NCBI RefSeq assembly: GCF_963921235.1
Contig: NC_086097.1
Location: forward strand, 2,542,001 to 2,606,000
Reading direction: 5' to 3'
From: Mobula hypostoma
Lineage: Eukaryota
DNA: 64,000 bases
Each line of letters opens with the position of its first letter. Within the stretch, counting starts at the first letter, position 1. Under the pieces are notes generated by a model. It was given only the letters and a program-made list of their open reading frames with translations. It ran no database searches and was not told the DNA's origin. The position numbers and the translations under genes were made by a program. Positions 23,155 through 35,609 of this stretch are shown here, piece after piece.

Positions 23155-25690
23155 AATAGAACCATAGAACACGACAGCACAGAAAACAGGCCATTCGGCC
23201 CTTCTAGTCTGTGCCGAAACTTTATTCCACTAGTCCCATTGACCTGCACCCAGTCCATAACCCTCCAGACCTCTCCCGTCCATGTATCTATCCAATTTAT
23301 TCTTAAAACCTAAGAGTGAGCCCGCATTTATCACGTTAGATGGCAGCTTGTTCCACACTCCCACCACTGAGTGAAGTTCTCCCTAATGTTCCCCCTAAAC
23401 CTTTCCCCTTCACCCTAAAGCCATGTCCTCTCATATTTATCTCTCCTAATCCAAGTGGAAAGAGCCTACTCGCATTTACTCTGTCTATACCCCTCATAAT
23501 TTTGTAAACCTCTATCAAATCTCCCCTCATTCTTCTACGCTCCAAGGAATAAAGTCCTAACCTGTTCAATCTTTCCCTGTAACTCAACTCCTGAAGACCT
23601 AGCAACATCCTAGTAAATCTTCTCTGCACTCTTTCAATCTTACTGATATCCTTCCTATAGTTAGGTGACCAGAGTTGCACACAATACTCCAAATTTGGCC
23701 TCACCAATGTCTTATACAACCTCCTCATAACATCCCAACTCCTATACTCAATACTTTGATTTATGAATGCCAGGATGCCAAAAGCCTTCTTTACAACCCT
23801 GTCTACGTGTGACGACCCGGCTGGTGGCATAGTGGCATCAGCGTCGGACTTCCAGACGAAAGATCCTGGGTTCGAATCCAGCCGGCCAGCTCCCCTGCAC
23901 ACTTCCCATCCGTGCTGGGTTACAAGCTGGTGATCTCTTTGGAAACTCACCCGGCAGAAGACAATGGCAAAACACTGCTGTAACTTGCCTCGTACTCAAT
24001 TCTCCACTACGTCAGAGAGGCATGGAGGGAAATTGTCTGCTAACCGGAGAAACTCCGGATGTGAAGCACCTTTCCTACCTGTGACACCACTTTCAAGGAA
24101 TTATGTATCTGAACTCCCTGATCCCTTTGTTCCTCCGCACTCCTCAGTGCCCTACCATTTACTGTGTATGTCCTACCTTGATTTGTCCTTCCAAAATGCA
24201 ACACCTCACACTTGTCTGCTTTAAATACCATCTGCCATTTTCTGGCCCATTTTTCCAGTTGGTCCAGATCCCTCCGCAAGCATTGAAAGCCTTCCTCACT
24301 GTGCACAACACCTCCAATCTTAGCGTCATCAGCAAACTTGTTGATCGAATTTACCACAATATTATCTAGGTCACTGATATAGACAACAAACATCAATGGT
24401 CCCAGCACAGATCCCTGAGGCATACCACTAGTCACAGGCCTCCAGTCTGAGAAGCAATCATCCACTACCACTCTCTGTCTTCTCCCACACAGCCAATTTC
24501 TAATCCAGTTTACAACCTCTCCATGGATACCTAGTGTCTGAACCTTCTGAACTAACCTCCCATGTGGCACCTTGTCAAAGGCCTTACTAAGGTCCATGTA
24601 GACAACATCCACAGCTTTTTCTTCGTCTACTTTCTTGGTGACCTCCTCGAAAAACTCTACAAGATTCGTTAAACACGATCTACCATGCACAAAGCCATGC
24701 TGACTATCCTTAATCAACCCTTGGCTGTCTAAATACTTGTATATCCGATCTCTCAGAACACCTTCCAATAATTTACCTACTACTGATGTCAGGCTCACTG
24801 GCCTGTAATTACCTGGTTTACTTTGGAGCCTTTTTTAAAAAACGGAACAACATGAGCTACCCTCCAATCCTCCGGCACCGCACCCGTGGCTCAGGACATT
24901 TTAAATATTTCTGCCAGGGTCTCTGCAATTTCTACACTAGTCTCTCTCAAGGTCCGAGGAAATATCATGTCAGGCCCGGGGGATTTAACTACATTTATTC
25001 GCTGTAAGGCAGCAAGCACCTCCTCCTCTTTAATCTCTATATGTTCCATGACACTACTGCTTGTTTCCCTTCCTTCCATATACACTCTGCCAGTTTCCTG
25101 AGTAAATACAGATGCAAAAAAATTGTTTAAGATCTCCCACATCTTGCGAGGCTCCACAAATAGACAACCCCTCTGATCAAGGGGACCAATTTTGTCCCTT
25201 ACAATTACCCTTAATATAGTTGTAGAACCCCTTCGGGTTTACCTTCACATTATCTGCCAAAGCAACCTCATGTCTTCTTTTTGCCTTCCTGATTTCCTTC
25301 TTTAGTATTTTCTATACTCTTCAAGTACCTCATTTGTTCTTTGTTGCCTATACCTGCTATACACCTCTCTCTTTTTCTTAACCAGATCGCCAATATCCCT
25401 TGAAAACCAAGGCTTTCTATGCCTGTAAATTTTGCCTTTAATCCTGGCAGGAACATGCAAACTCTGCACTCTCAAAATTTCGCCTTTGAATGCCTTCCAC
25501 TTACTGAACACATCCTTGCCAGAAAACAACTTATCCCAATCCACTCTTCCTAGATCCTTTCTCATTTCCTCAAAATTGGCCCTTCTCCAATTTAGAACCT
25601 TAACTCGAGGACCAGTCCTATCCTTATCTGTAATTAACTTGAGGCTAATGACATTATGGACAATTATGACCCAAAATGTTCACCTAATTA
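23155..25690 (-). mobile_element. CR1-type LINE ORF2, 5'-truncated, interrupted by SINE
   Basis: ORFs 23336-23950, 24040-24798 and 24891-25157 carry RT motifs (DLSKAFDKV, FADD). Confidence 0.9.
23816..24073 (+). mobile_element. tRNA-derived SINE
   Basis: Box A TGGCATAGTGG (23825-23835), box B GGTTCGAATCC (23869-23879); imperfect TSD ctac(g/c)tgtgac. Confidence 0.8.
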
Positions 25691-25699
25691 TTACCACAA

Positions 25700-26065
25700 G
25701 TTTATGAGAGTCAGGTTTAATATCGCTGGCATATATTGTGAGATTTGTCTGTGTGACAACAGTACAATGCAATACATAACAATAGAAAGAAAACTACTGC
25801 AGTAATTTAGCTTTCCTTTACAAAATATACATAGTCCAAAAACACAAACAAAAAAGCCTGAGGTAGTGTTCATGGGTTCTATGTCCATTTAGGAATTGGA
25901 TGGCAGAGGGGAGGAAGCTGTTCCTGAATCGCTGAGTGTGTGCCTTCAGGCTTCTGTACCTCCTACCTGATGGTAACAGTGAGAAAGGGGCATGCCCTGG
26001 ATGGCAGGGGTCTTTAATGATGGACTCGGCCTTTTTGAGGCATCGCGCCTTGAAGATATCTTGGC
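25700..26065 (-). mobile_element. Rex1/Babar-like LINE 3' fragment
   Basis: Same family as 10255-10960. Confidence 0.7.
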
Positions 26066-26339
26066 AGACCTAGTCCTGATTAGAGCAAAGAGGTTGTGAG
26101 ACGGGTGGTAGGGATCTTCAAGGATGCTTCAGGCCCTTTGTCTGCACAAGTGAGAGGGAGACTCCGATGACCCTCTTGGCAGTTTTTACTGTCCAGGGCC
26201 ACCTCGGTGAACTCATGCACTGAATCAGACGAGAATGGGTCTTAATATCCCAAACATTGAGGAGCTCGAAAAGCACGTCCCCACTGCATTGCATCAATGA
26301 AGGAAGGTTCATATTGACATGGACTTCTCTTCATATCTC

Positions 26340-27200
26340 AGGCATCACCTCTCGCCAAGCCAAGCATCGGTGAATGTCATCACCATAACCTTCAAAGCAA
26401 CCTCCGAATTGCAGGAAATAATACTCGATGATCAAAGGCCCCAGAGCTCACACACAACTCAGGTCTACTAGGCCGTTGGGATCACCACCCTCCTATACAC
26501 CTCCACAGCCCCAACCACCATGACACAGTCACCTTGTGTACAGACACTCCTGTGTCTAGTGTCACTTTATGGACATACAATCACTCTTTGTATAGAAGTG
26601 ATCTTATGTATTTTCTTTATCTTATTGTGTTTATTTTGCATCAAGTCCAGAATAAAAATGATTTTGTTCTCCTTTACACCTGTGCTCTGGAAATGACTAA
26701 ACAATTCTGAACGTTGAAGATCTGCTCCATCTTCAGCAGGGATCATCAGGCTCCGTAAAAATGCCACTAACACTGCCTGGACAAAATCTTCCCAACTCAC
26801 TGAATGGAGAAATGCCACAAGATGAACATTCTCTCCCAGACAACAATCTCAATCAGTACAGCATGGGCCATCTCTGGTCAGCTACAGTGGATACTATACA
26901 ATTTTTGAACTCAATATTGGGTGAAGATCACCAGGTGGACTGAGATTTAAAGGATATCCTCAAAGCTTCTTGTTCTGGAAAAGGAATTGCAATATCCCCA
27001 CTAACCCCTGGTCCAGGACTACTTGTACAGAAAGAGCAGTCACGATGCTGTTGGGAATCTCAAATGCATACACTGGGGCCACACAGAAGTCTGCATAAGC
27101 AGTGGAAGGAGTGCAACACTTCACAAACTGGCAGCCTCACAGCCTGTCAACCACCTCCAGCTCCATTTATGGAAGAATCTAAAGTTCACTTACCATGCTC
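26340..27200 (+). mobile_element. Highly degenerate RTE-like LINE C-terminal fragments
   Basis: Decayed VY.AV..TTLLY-like and RFKD.LK-like coding remnants; related minus-strand copy at about 33900-34270. Confidence 0.45.
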
Positions 27201-29439
27201 TTCACTCAGCTCTGAAACTTTGCCTTCTCCACATAACCTCTGTTTCCCTGACTAATCAAGAACCTATCAACCTCCACTTTAAACATACCCAATCACTTTG
27301 CCTCCACAGCAATCTATGGCAATGAATTCCATCAAGCATCCAAACTCGTCACAGGGTCAGTTCAACTCGACAGCAAACTGGACCTCACATATTGTAAACT
27401 CCCTCATTCAATAAGGTTTGGTACCAGTACTCCCTCTACCCAAGATCAACAACAGAGTGGAATCTTCTGTTGCCAGACCTGCGCAGTATTTCTGACATTA
27501 ATATTTTTAAAGACTCAATCAAATTGATTTAGAGGATCTAGTCAAAAAAAGCTTATTTTACAATTTAACTCCCACGCCGTTCACACTAACTGCACGTTAT
27601 AACAGCCGTCCGGCAGTGCTTGCGCAGTACCAAGCAGAAGCAGGACATTACCATCCTCTGGCTAAAGAAATTCCTCTTCATCTGTTCTAAATGGACATCC
27701 CTCTGTGGCTCTGTCCTTTGGTCCTAGTCTCCCCAACTACAGGAAACATCCTCTCCACATCCACTCTATTGAGGCCTTTCAACATTCAATAGGTTTTAAT
27801 GAGATCCTCTTCCCTTATTCTGCAAAACTCGCAGTGAGTACAGGCCCAGAGCCATCAAACATTCCTCAAACATTAACCCTTTGGGGCCAAACAGACTTGT
27901 ACAAGAAAAGTGTCTGTTGGAGGAACATCTGTGGGACAGAAAGGAATTGTCCGTCATTGCAGATGAAACTTTGCATTGGAGTTTTCTCGAGCTTCCAACT
28001 TCCTCCAGTCGCCTTTGTGGCTCCAAATTCCAGCCTCGGTAAGATCTTGTGTCTCCAGGAGTAAGGCAAGGCCAGGAGAGCTCTGTTCTCTACCCGCCCC
28101 CCCCCCCAATTTATCAGGAGTGTTGCAGATGAAGGGCCCAAAGCATTGTTGAGGATCCCTACCACCCATCCCACAATCTCTCTGACCCACAACCACCAGG
28201 GAGGTGGTACAGGAGCATCGGGACTAGGACTGCCAGACTGGGGAACAGCTGTGAGACTAATGAATACCCTGCCTCCACTAAGTTCTCATCACAAGGATAA
28301 CAAGCTGTTTACTGTTTACCTGTGCTGTGCACTACATACACTTTGAATTATATTTTATTAACTTATTTGAATTTGAATGTATCTGATTCCTCCTGGTCTA
28401 CTCAGAACAATTCCATCTTTAACACAACAGCAAAGCCTTGAGATTGCACCTCAGAACAACATTCTCTCTCATTTTTTCCCACAGCTGCGCAGACCAACCA
28501 CTGTTCTGAGCAGGAAGTTTTTACACAACCTGAGAACTACACAGCACTTTAATGGATTATTATATTTAAGAAAATTCCACCTGTGCAGCAACAAACGTTA
28601 CGTGCGCGGGAGCGTTTTAGTTACAGTGCGGCCACGCACCGGAACATCTTGGAGGGAATAGCGCCTCAGAGGTGCTCCCTCCACCCTGAGGATTTCAGGT
28701 GCAATTTTGCAGAGCAGATTCATGTGTATGGTAACCAATCCTCCACACCATTTAACTCTCCCTGCTGCACAATCGGGAAAACGCTCCCAGCATTTTCAAA
28801 CTCTTCCTTCAGAATGCCCGCATCTGCTGTTCGGATCATGGCAAGTTAAACCTGGTTTCCTGGACAGTATTTCTCCTTCATAGATCGTGTAGTTTTCTGT
28901 ACATGAAATTCCTGGGACGGGTCCCACACAAGTGTGTGCAATTCAAAAGAATATTAGCTGACTGTTAAGCATTTTTGGCCATTCTAAAAGAGACAAGCGC
29001 CAACATATAATAGTAAGCCTTACTTTCAGAACTCTAATGGGTTTAAACAAATTACAATAAAGTCTTTCCCTAATTTAACATATCAAAATTTCAAATTACA
29101 CTTATTGTCAAAGAATGTATAAATGATACAACCTTGAGATTTGTTCACTTACAGGCAGCCACGCAAGAAACCTGAAAGAACACCAACGGGGAGGGAGGGA
29201 GGGAGACAGACAGACAGATACACAAATCCTGCAAACAGTAAAAGCAAGCGACAGCATTCAGAATGAAAGCGAGTCGAAAGACATGGAGCCTGGAGAGCCG
29301 GAGTAGACCCCAAACCTTCATCACACAGTGGGGCAAGTCGCCGCGGAGCTCACAGACATGGAGAGGGAAAACACATATATCATGCAAACAATAAAAGGCA
29401 GCAACAGCATTCAGAACCAACTCTCATTTACAACATTTC

Positions 29440-29970
29440 CGTCCCGATTATACCTAATTTACCAGGGTGATGTCTAGATTAGAGTCCACGAGAAACATTG
29501 GATAAACTTGGGTTGTTTTCTCATCCCTGGGGAACTGCAGGATCTAGGACGGATGTCGAGGCTGAGAGGGTGCAGGAGAGGTTTACCAGGAAGCTGCCTG
29601 GATTAGAGGGAATGTGCCTGTGGATTAGACAGGTTGGACACACAGGTGGTGTATTTACTGGAGCGGCGGAGATCTGATAGACAGTATCTTTTTACTCAGG
29701 GTTGAAATGTCTAATATCAGAGAACATGCATTTAAACTGAGAGGGGGAATTTCAAACGAGACACGAGGGGCAAGTTTTTTATACACAGGGATCGGTGGGT
29801 GCCTGGGGTGGTGGTTGAGGCGGGAACTTTGGGAACTTTAGAGCAGTTTAGATAGGCAGATGAATGTGAGGGAGATGGAGAGGTATGGACATTGTGTCAG
29901 CAAAGGGGATCAGTTAACCATTTGATTACTAGTTTAATTGGTTCGGCAGAACCTGTGGGCCGAAGGGGGT
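29440..29970 (+). mobile_element. Degenerate CR1-type 3' fragments
   Basis: agggtgcaggagaggtttaccagg...aagtttttt...gggccgaaggg; same family as 44650-45190 and 55670-56100. Confidence 0.65.
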
Positions 29971-30051
29971 GTTGTATGGTTTAACTAGCGACCCGCTGAG
30001 TAGACGCGCTCTATATTTACACAGACTGATGTGCAGTCACCACAAACCCAC

Positions 30052-30247
30052 CGAAGCCGGAGGCCGCCCTCCCGGGGTCGGGCTGTTTCTCCCGCAGGAC
30101 CAGGTCGCTGAGGGCGCCGCCCAGCTGATCGAGGAGGCCGCGGACGCCAGCGAGAATGCCCGGGATGGTGCGCCGGGTGCGGGCGCAGTACCGCCGGCTC
30201 CGGCCGCTCCGCTCCACCAGCTCGGCGCAAACCTCGCAGTCGGCCAT
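30052..30247 (-). CDS. GON7: GON7 (KEOPS complex subunit, C14orf142) coding exon 1
   Basis: Kozak GCCATGG; MADCEVCAELVERSGRSRRYC...GILAGVRGLLDQLGGALSDLV...SGF; donor G|GTGGGT; head-to-head with UBR7 as in human. Confidence 0.85.
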
Positions 30248-30466
30248 GGCGGGGGGGGGGGGGGGGGGGGAGGGGAAGGGCGTCACCTCCGCACTTTGAC
30301 CCCTCACCCCCGCAGCGCAGGTTAAACTCACGTAACAATGAAATAGCCACGGCGAGTCCGACGCCACGCGTGTTTTGTGAGGAAAAGGCCGCGCGGGGAG
30401 GGGACGCGAGGGGAGGGGATTTGATTTAAACGGCCCCCAACCCCGGAAGTCCTCACAGACTTGGAG

Positions 30467-30616
30467 ATGGCGGCAAACGAGGAGAACCACAAGCGGCCGC
30501 TGGACGAGGATCCCATCGTGTCCTTGGCCGACGTGTTGGAGGAAAATGAGGAACTGGAGCACGAAGCGTGCGCGGTTCTGGGCGGCAGCGACTCGGATAA
30601 GTGCTCTTACCCGGAG
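30467..30616 (+). CDS. UBR7: UBR7 (putative E3 ubiquitin ligase, histone-binding) exon 1
   Basis: MAANEENHKRPLDEDPIVSLADVLEENEELEHEACAVLGGSDSDKCSYPE; donor GTGAGT. Confidence 0.95.
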
Positions 30617-31837
30617 GTGAGTCCGTCTATAAGGCCTAACGATGTGTTGCGCGGGTCCGTCCTGCGGCGGCGAGGACCCGGTTGGGTCGGGTCGCAGTGA
30701 TGGGTTATGTCAATCCTTTGACAGTCGAGCTGAAATAACCGGGAGGACGGTGGGTCCCGGCCCGAAACGCCGCCTGTTTCCCGGTCGGGGGTCCATAGAC
30801 CCCTTGTTTAATGCAGTAAAAGGGGTTGCGACCCCTCCAAAGATTCCCCCAGCATTGTCCGTGTGATGCATCTGTTGTGGCTGAATACCCCGAGTTTCAG
30901 GTTGGCCAGGCATTTCCACGCCACTCCATACATGTTTATCATAAACAAAAGCGGATACAGTACAATTAAACCAGCGGGTGGAGGGCTTGCGCCCTCGGGT
31001 TGGGTGTGAGGTGTTTATTTGTGGACGGGGAGATTTTTTTTCCCCACAAGATTTTATTTTAGACCCCAGTTAATTCTGCGAAAGGATCAGTTAGCCTCCC
31101 CGAGGTGCTCCAGCCGTTGACTCGCGTCTGTCTGGCGCCATTTTTACGTAATGGGTTTGGGCGGCTGTGATTGGTCCGCTGACTCTTTGTGGAGCGCGGA
31201 TACAGATCATGTATCGGGTTGGGTTCATCTTCATGCTCTTACAGTGAGGAACCAGTTCAGATCTGCTGCCCATGTTCATGTGGGAGAGCCAACAGCCTCA
31301 GAATAGAGGGACGCCCCTTTACAACAGAGATGCAGGATTTCTTTATCCAGAGGACAGTGATCTCTGGAATTCATTGGCAGACACGGCTGTGGATGCCAAG
31401 TCATTGGGCATATTCAAAGTGGAGGTTGCTAGGTTTATTGATTAGTCAGGGTGTCGAAGGTTACAGAGCAAAGGCAAGAGAATGGGGTTGAGGGGGATAA
31501 TAAATCAGCCATGATGGAATGATAGCACACTCGATGGGCTGAATGGCTTAATTCTGTACCTATGTCATGTGGTCTGTACATCCGGTATTGATCATCTCAG
31601 CCTTTTCTGCTCCAGCTCTTTTTAAATTAGCCACTGAAGGTCCACGTATATCAATTGAATCCCGTGGGCTTTGCTGATTACACTGTATTTTGGCAGTGTT
31701 GGATGCACCTACTGACACAGAATCCATCTGATGCTCTTTTTCTACTAATTTAATTTGTAGTTTTCAAAACTATTATATATGGCAATGTACTGGTGCAATA
31801 TAAATTTCATGATGTATGTCAGTGATACTAAAAGTGA

Positions 31838-33032
31838 AGCAACACACATCAAAGTTGCTGGTGAATGCAGCAGGCCAGGCAGCATCTCTAGGAAGAGGTA
31901 TAGTCGACGTTTCGGGCCGAGACCCTTCGTCAGGACTAACTGAAGGAAGAGTGAGTAAGGGATTTGAAAGGGGGCGGGGGAGATCCAAAATGATAGGAGA
32001 AGACAGGAGGGGGAGGGATGGAGCCAAGAGCTGGACAGGTGATTGGCAAAGAGGATACGAGAGGATCATGGGACAGGAGGTCTGGGAAGAAAGGAAAGGG
32101 GGGAGGGGGCGAAACCCAGAGGATGAGCAAGGGGTATAGTGAGAGGGACAGAGGGAGAAAAAGGAGAGTGAGAGAAAGAATGTGTGTGTATAAATAAATA
32201 ACGAATGGGGTACGAGGGGGAGGTGGGGCATTAGTGGTAGTTTGAGAAGTCAATGTTCATGCCATCAGGTTGGAGGCTACCCAGACAGAATGTAAGGTGT
32301 TCTTCCTCCAACCTGAGTGTGGCTTCATCTTTACAGTAGAGGAGGACGTGGATAGACATATCAGAGTGGGAATGGGACGTGGAATTAAAATGTGTGGCCA
32401 CTGGGAGATCCTGCTTTCTCTGGCGGACAGAGCGTAGGTGTTCAGCAAAATGATCTCCCAGTCTGCGTCGGGTCTCACCAATATATAGAAGGCCACATCG
32501 GGAGCACCGGACGCAGTATATCACCCCAGCCGACTCACAGGTGAAGTGTCGCCTCACTGGAAGGACTGTCTGGGGCCCTGAATGGTGGTGAGGGAGGAAG
32601 TGTAAGGGCACGTGTAGCACTTGTTCTGCTTACAAGGATAAGTGCCAGGAGGGAGATCAGTGGGGAGGGAAGGGGGGGAGGGAGTTGCGTAGGGAGCGAT
32701 CCCTGTGGAAAGCAGAGAGGGGGAGAGGGAAAGATGTGCTTAGTCGTGGGATCCCGTTGGAGGTGGCGGAAGTTACGGAGAATAATATGTTGGACCCGGA
32801 GGCTGGTGGGGTGGTAGGTGAGGACCAGGGGAACCCTATTCCTAGTGGGTTGGCGGGAGGACGGAGTGAGAGCAGATGTGCATGAAATGGGGGAGATGCA
32901 TTTGAGAGCAGAGTTGATGGTGGAGGAAGGGAAGCCTCTTTCTTTAAAAAAGGAGGACATCTCCCTCGTCTTAGAATGAAAAGCCTCACCCTGAGAGCAG
33001 ATGCGGTGGAGACGGAAGAATTCCTCGTGTTT
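31838..33032 (-). mobile_element. Penelope-like element 3' fragment (RT end, GIY-YIG, pLTR) in UBR7 intron 1
   Basis: ORF 32231-32620 GVIYCVRCSRCGLLYIGETRRRL; pLTR near-identical to 22333-22725. Confidence 0.9.
31902..31937 (-). ncRNA. Minimal hammerhead ribozyme motif in PLE pLTR (intact)
   Basis: Minus strand AGTC-CTGACGA-A-GGG-TCTCGG-CCC-GAAA-CGTC-GACT. Confidence 0.75.
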
Positions 33033-35475
33033 GTGATAATAAAAATGATTCTGATTACTAAAAACCCTTGAGTCTGTTCTGCGTAGACCCAAGTTTCTGT
33101 ATTGGATGAGTTTCTAATGTACTGCAGTTGTTTGTACACTATATGCATTTGAGTTTGCTGTCAGTAAAAGCTAGTCGTTTTCTGCTACTGAACATAGAAT
33201 AGAATCAGGCCCTTCAGCCCACAATACTGTGCTGAACCAATTACTGCTGGAAATGAATCCCTGCTGTTTGATTAGTAACTTTACAGTACTTGGCTTTGGC
33301 TCACAGTGCATTTGGGTCCTTGGCAGCATTTGCCTGTGTTTTTTTTTGTCCCTGTCAATTTGCTGTTGGCTCTCAAATTGCCTGTGTTTATTTATTTAGA
33401 GGTACAGTACCGTGTGTAACAGGCCCCGGCTCCCTGAGCCCCACCTTCCAGTAACCCACCTTTTAACCCGAACCTAATCCCAGGTGTTTGCGGGGAGACA
33501 GTGCTGGGATTGAAACCTGAACTCTGGAATCTCTCAAGCAGAAAAGGCTTCATGCTAACCATGACGCTACTGTGTCCTGTAAATCATTGTCTGTTTGGTC
33601 CAATGTGAATCAGATTGCTGTAGGATTGGCCACAGCAATGGAGAGGGTCGACTACACCTTGTATGTAGATACTGGTAAATTCATTGATATTGTCACATGT
33701 GTAAGATCTGGTATTGTGATCAGTTGAGTATGATGTTCTATGGTGTTGTCTATTTATGGGTCCTCCGGTGTCTGTACAGGCTGATCTGGGATCCACACAC
33801 TCTGGTGCAGTGTGGACACGAGTAAGTGGTGTCTCTGGTGACTGGTCGGGTCTTTTGATTGTTCAGTCTCTCCTTTCACAGCGGCTGCTTGTTCTCTGCG
33901 GCACTGTGTACGTTGTTCTCGTGTAGCGCATCTCCCTCTTGAACAGATTTCCTCCAGGTCTATCTATTGAGTGCTGTGCCTTCCCAGTTTTTAAATGTAA
34001 TGTTGAACTTCAGGCTGATTTTGATGTCATCTTTGAAGCATTTTCTTTGCCCACCGGGGGCTCACTGACTTCCCTCTACTGGGGGTAAAGGATCTGTTTG
34101 AGGAGATGCGAGTTAGACATCGAATGACACGATCTCTCCATCGGAGGTGGTGTTGCTTTTTCATGGTGGAGATACCATTCATGTCAGCCGCCTCCAGTAC
34201 GTGGGTGTGGTGTGTCTGTCCTTCCAGCAAAGTCTTTTGTAAGATTTTTTTTTTTTAGCAGTTTTGATGCAGGGTGTAGAATAAAATACTACCGAGAGAG
34301 GGTGGGGCAGGACCATAACAAGGTAGATTGTGAGGTACTTATCGTACTCCAGTCCTTAAACTGGTGAAGATGTCCTTGAGCCTGTTGTGATGTGCTTCAA
34401 GGCTTTTGTACCATCTGTGCGATTGAAGGGGATGAGCGGTGCAGAGAAGAGAGATTGTGCAGGCTGGGTGGAACCTTGGATTATGCTGGTTGCTTCCTGA
34501 GGCTGTGAGAAGTGTACATACAGTCCATGAGGGAGAGGCTTGATCTGTCTGGATAGACGGTCTCAACGCAAAGAGCAACTACTGTATCTGTTTTCTTCTC
34601 CAGATGTTCCCTGACCCACGGAGTCCCTCCAGTGGCTGTTTGTGTTCCAGCGTCTGCAGTCTTGTGCTTCTCTGACGTTGCTAACATTGGCTCTGGGACA
34701 GGGGCTCCCGTCATTTTTTTATGCCATAGAGCCTTTACGCTTGTGTGCTGGAAATGACCTGTAAGTCTTCAGCTGTGAAAGCTCTGATCCCTGGAATTAA
34801 TTTAGTAACACAGAAAATGCTGGAGGACCTCAGCAGGTCAGGCAGCATCCATAGAAAAGACTGAACAGTTGACATTTTGGGCCGAGACCCTTCTTCAGGA
34901 ATTACTGCCTTTTTAATTATTTTTGATGCTACCAAACGCTCTTCAAATCTTTTTGTTGCCTACCTCTTATGTTCAGTGGTTCATTGTTGGGTTGTCTGAT
35001 AACTATTCCTTGGAGCAAGCTGCCAGGAAGCACCCTGGGACGTTTTTAAAAGGCCTTGTGGGGACTTGCACATGATTGTCTTTTATAAATACTCTGTTAA
35101 AAACCAGAAGGGTGAGTGTGTTTTGTGTGGTACAGGAAGTTTCTGAGTTTGATGTATGTACAACTGAGAGAGGCACTTTGGATAAATTCAGTTGAATTCG
35201 TAACCCCTTAACCTCTTGCTCTGTGTCACTGTATGGAGTTTGAAGGTGAGAGCTCAGAGACTGTGTTCCTGAGTTAAATTCCACATTTGACTGTGTTTCA
35301 ATCTTTTGCTTCCTCCAGCCATTTGTTTAGACAGGTTGTGTCTCTGTCTCTCTCACTCTCTCTCTAGGACCTGACCCAGTAATTGCTGTATTTATGATTT
35401 ATCTTTGTTCCTTAACAAAGATGATGTCGCTGATGATCTGCCTTTCTGAAGTTACTGATTTGCTTTCCCCTGCAG

Positions 35476-35609
35476 GGCTACGTGAAGAGACAGGCACTGT
35501 ATGCATGCAACACGTGTACGCCCAAGGGGGGACAGCCTGCCGGCATCTGTTTGGCTTGCAGCTACAAGTGTCACGAAGGCCACGAGTTGTTTGAACTTTA
35601 CACTAAAAG
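35476..35609 (+). CDS. UBR7: UBR7 exon 2 (UBR-box)
   Basis: Acceptor ttcccctgcag; GYVKRQALYACNTCTPKGGQPAGICLACSYKCHEGHELFELYTK(R); donor GTATGA. Confidence 0.96.

Larger units (their letters stand above)
29990..31200. promoter_or_regulatory. CpG island and bidirectional GON7/UBR7 promoter
   Basis: Dense CpGs against a CpG-poor background; divergent ATGs at 30247 and 30467; ETS/GABP CCGGAAGT at 30443-30450; YY1-like AGATGGCGGC overlapping the UBR7 ATG. Confidence 0.8.

Noticed and set aside
23819..23890. Genuine tRNA gene
   Set aside because: Poor anticodon stem, long non-tRNA body and TSD within a LINE indicate a SINE
28583..28930. Short ORFs in apparently unique GON7 intron sequence
   Set aside because: No recognisable domain or consistent splice structure
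30017..30562. 181-aa minus-strand ORF overlapping UBR7 exon 1
   Set aside because: Only 30247-30052 is supported as GON7 coding; the upstream extension crosses the promoter and poly-C tract
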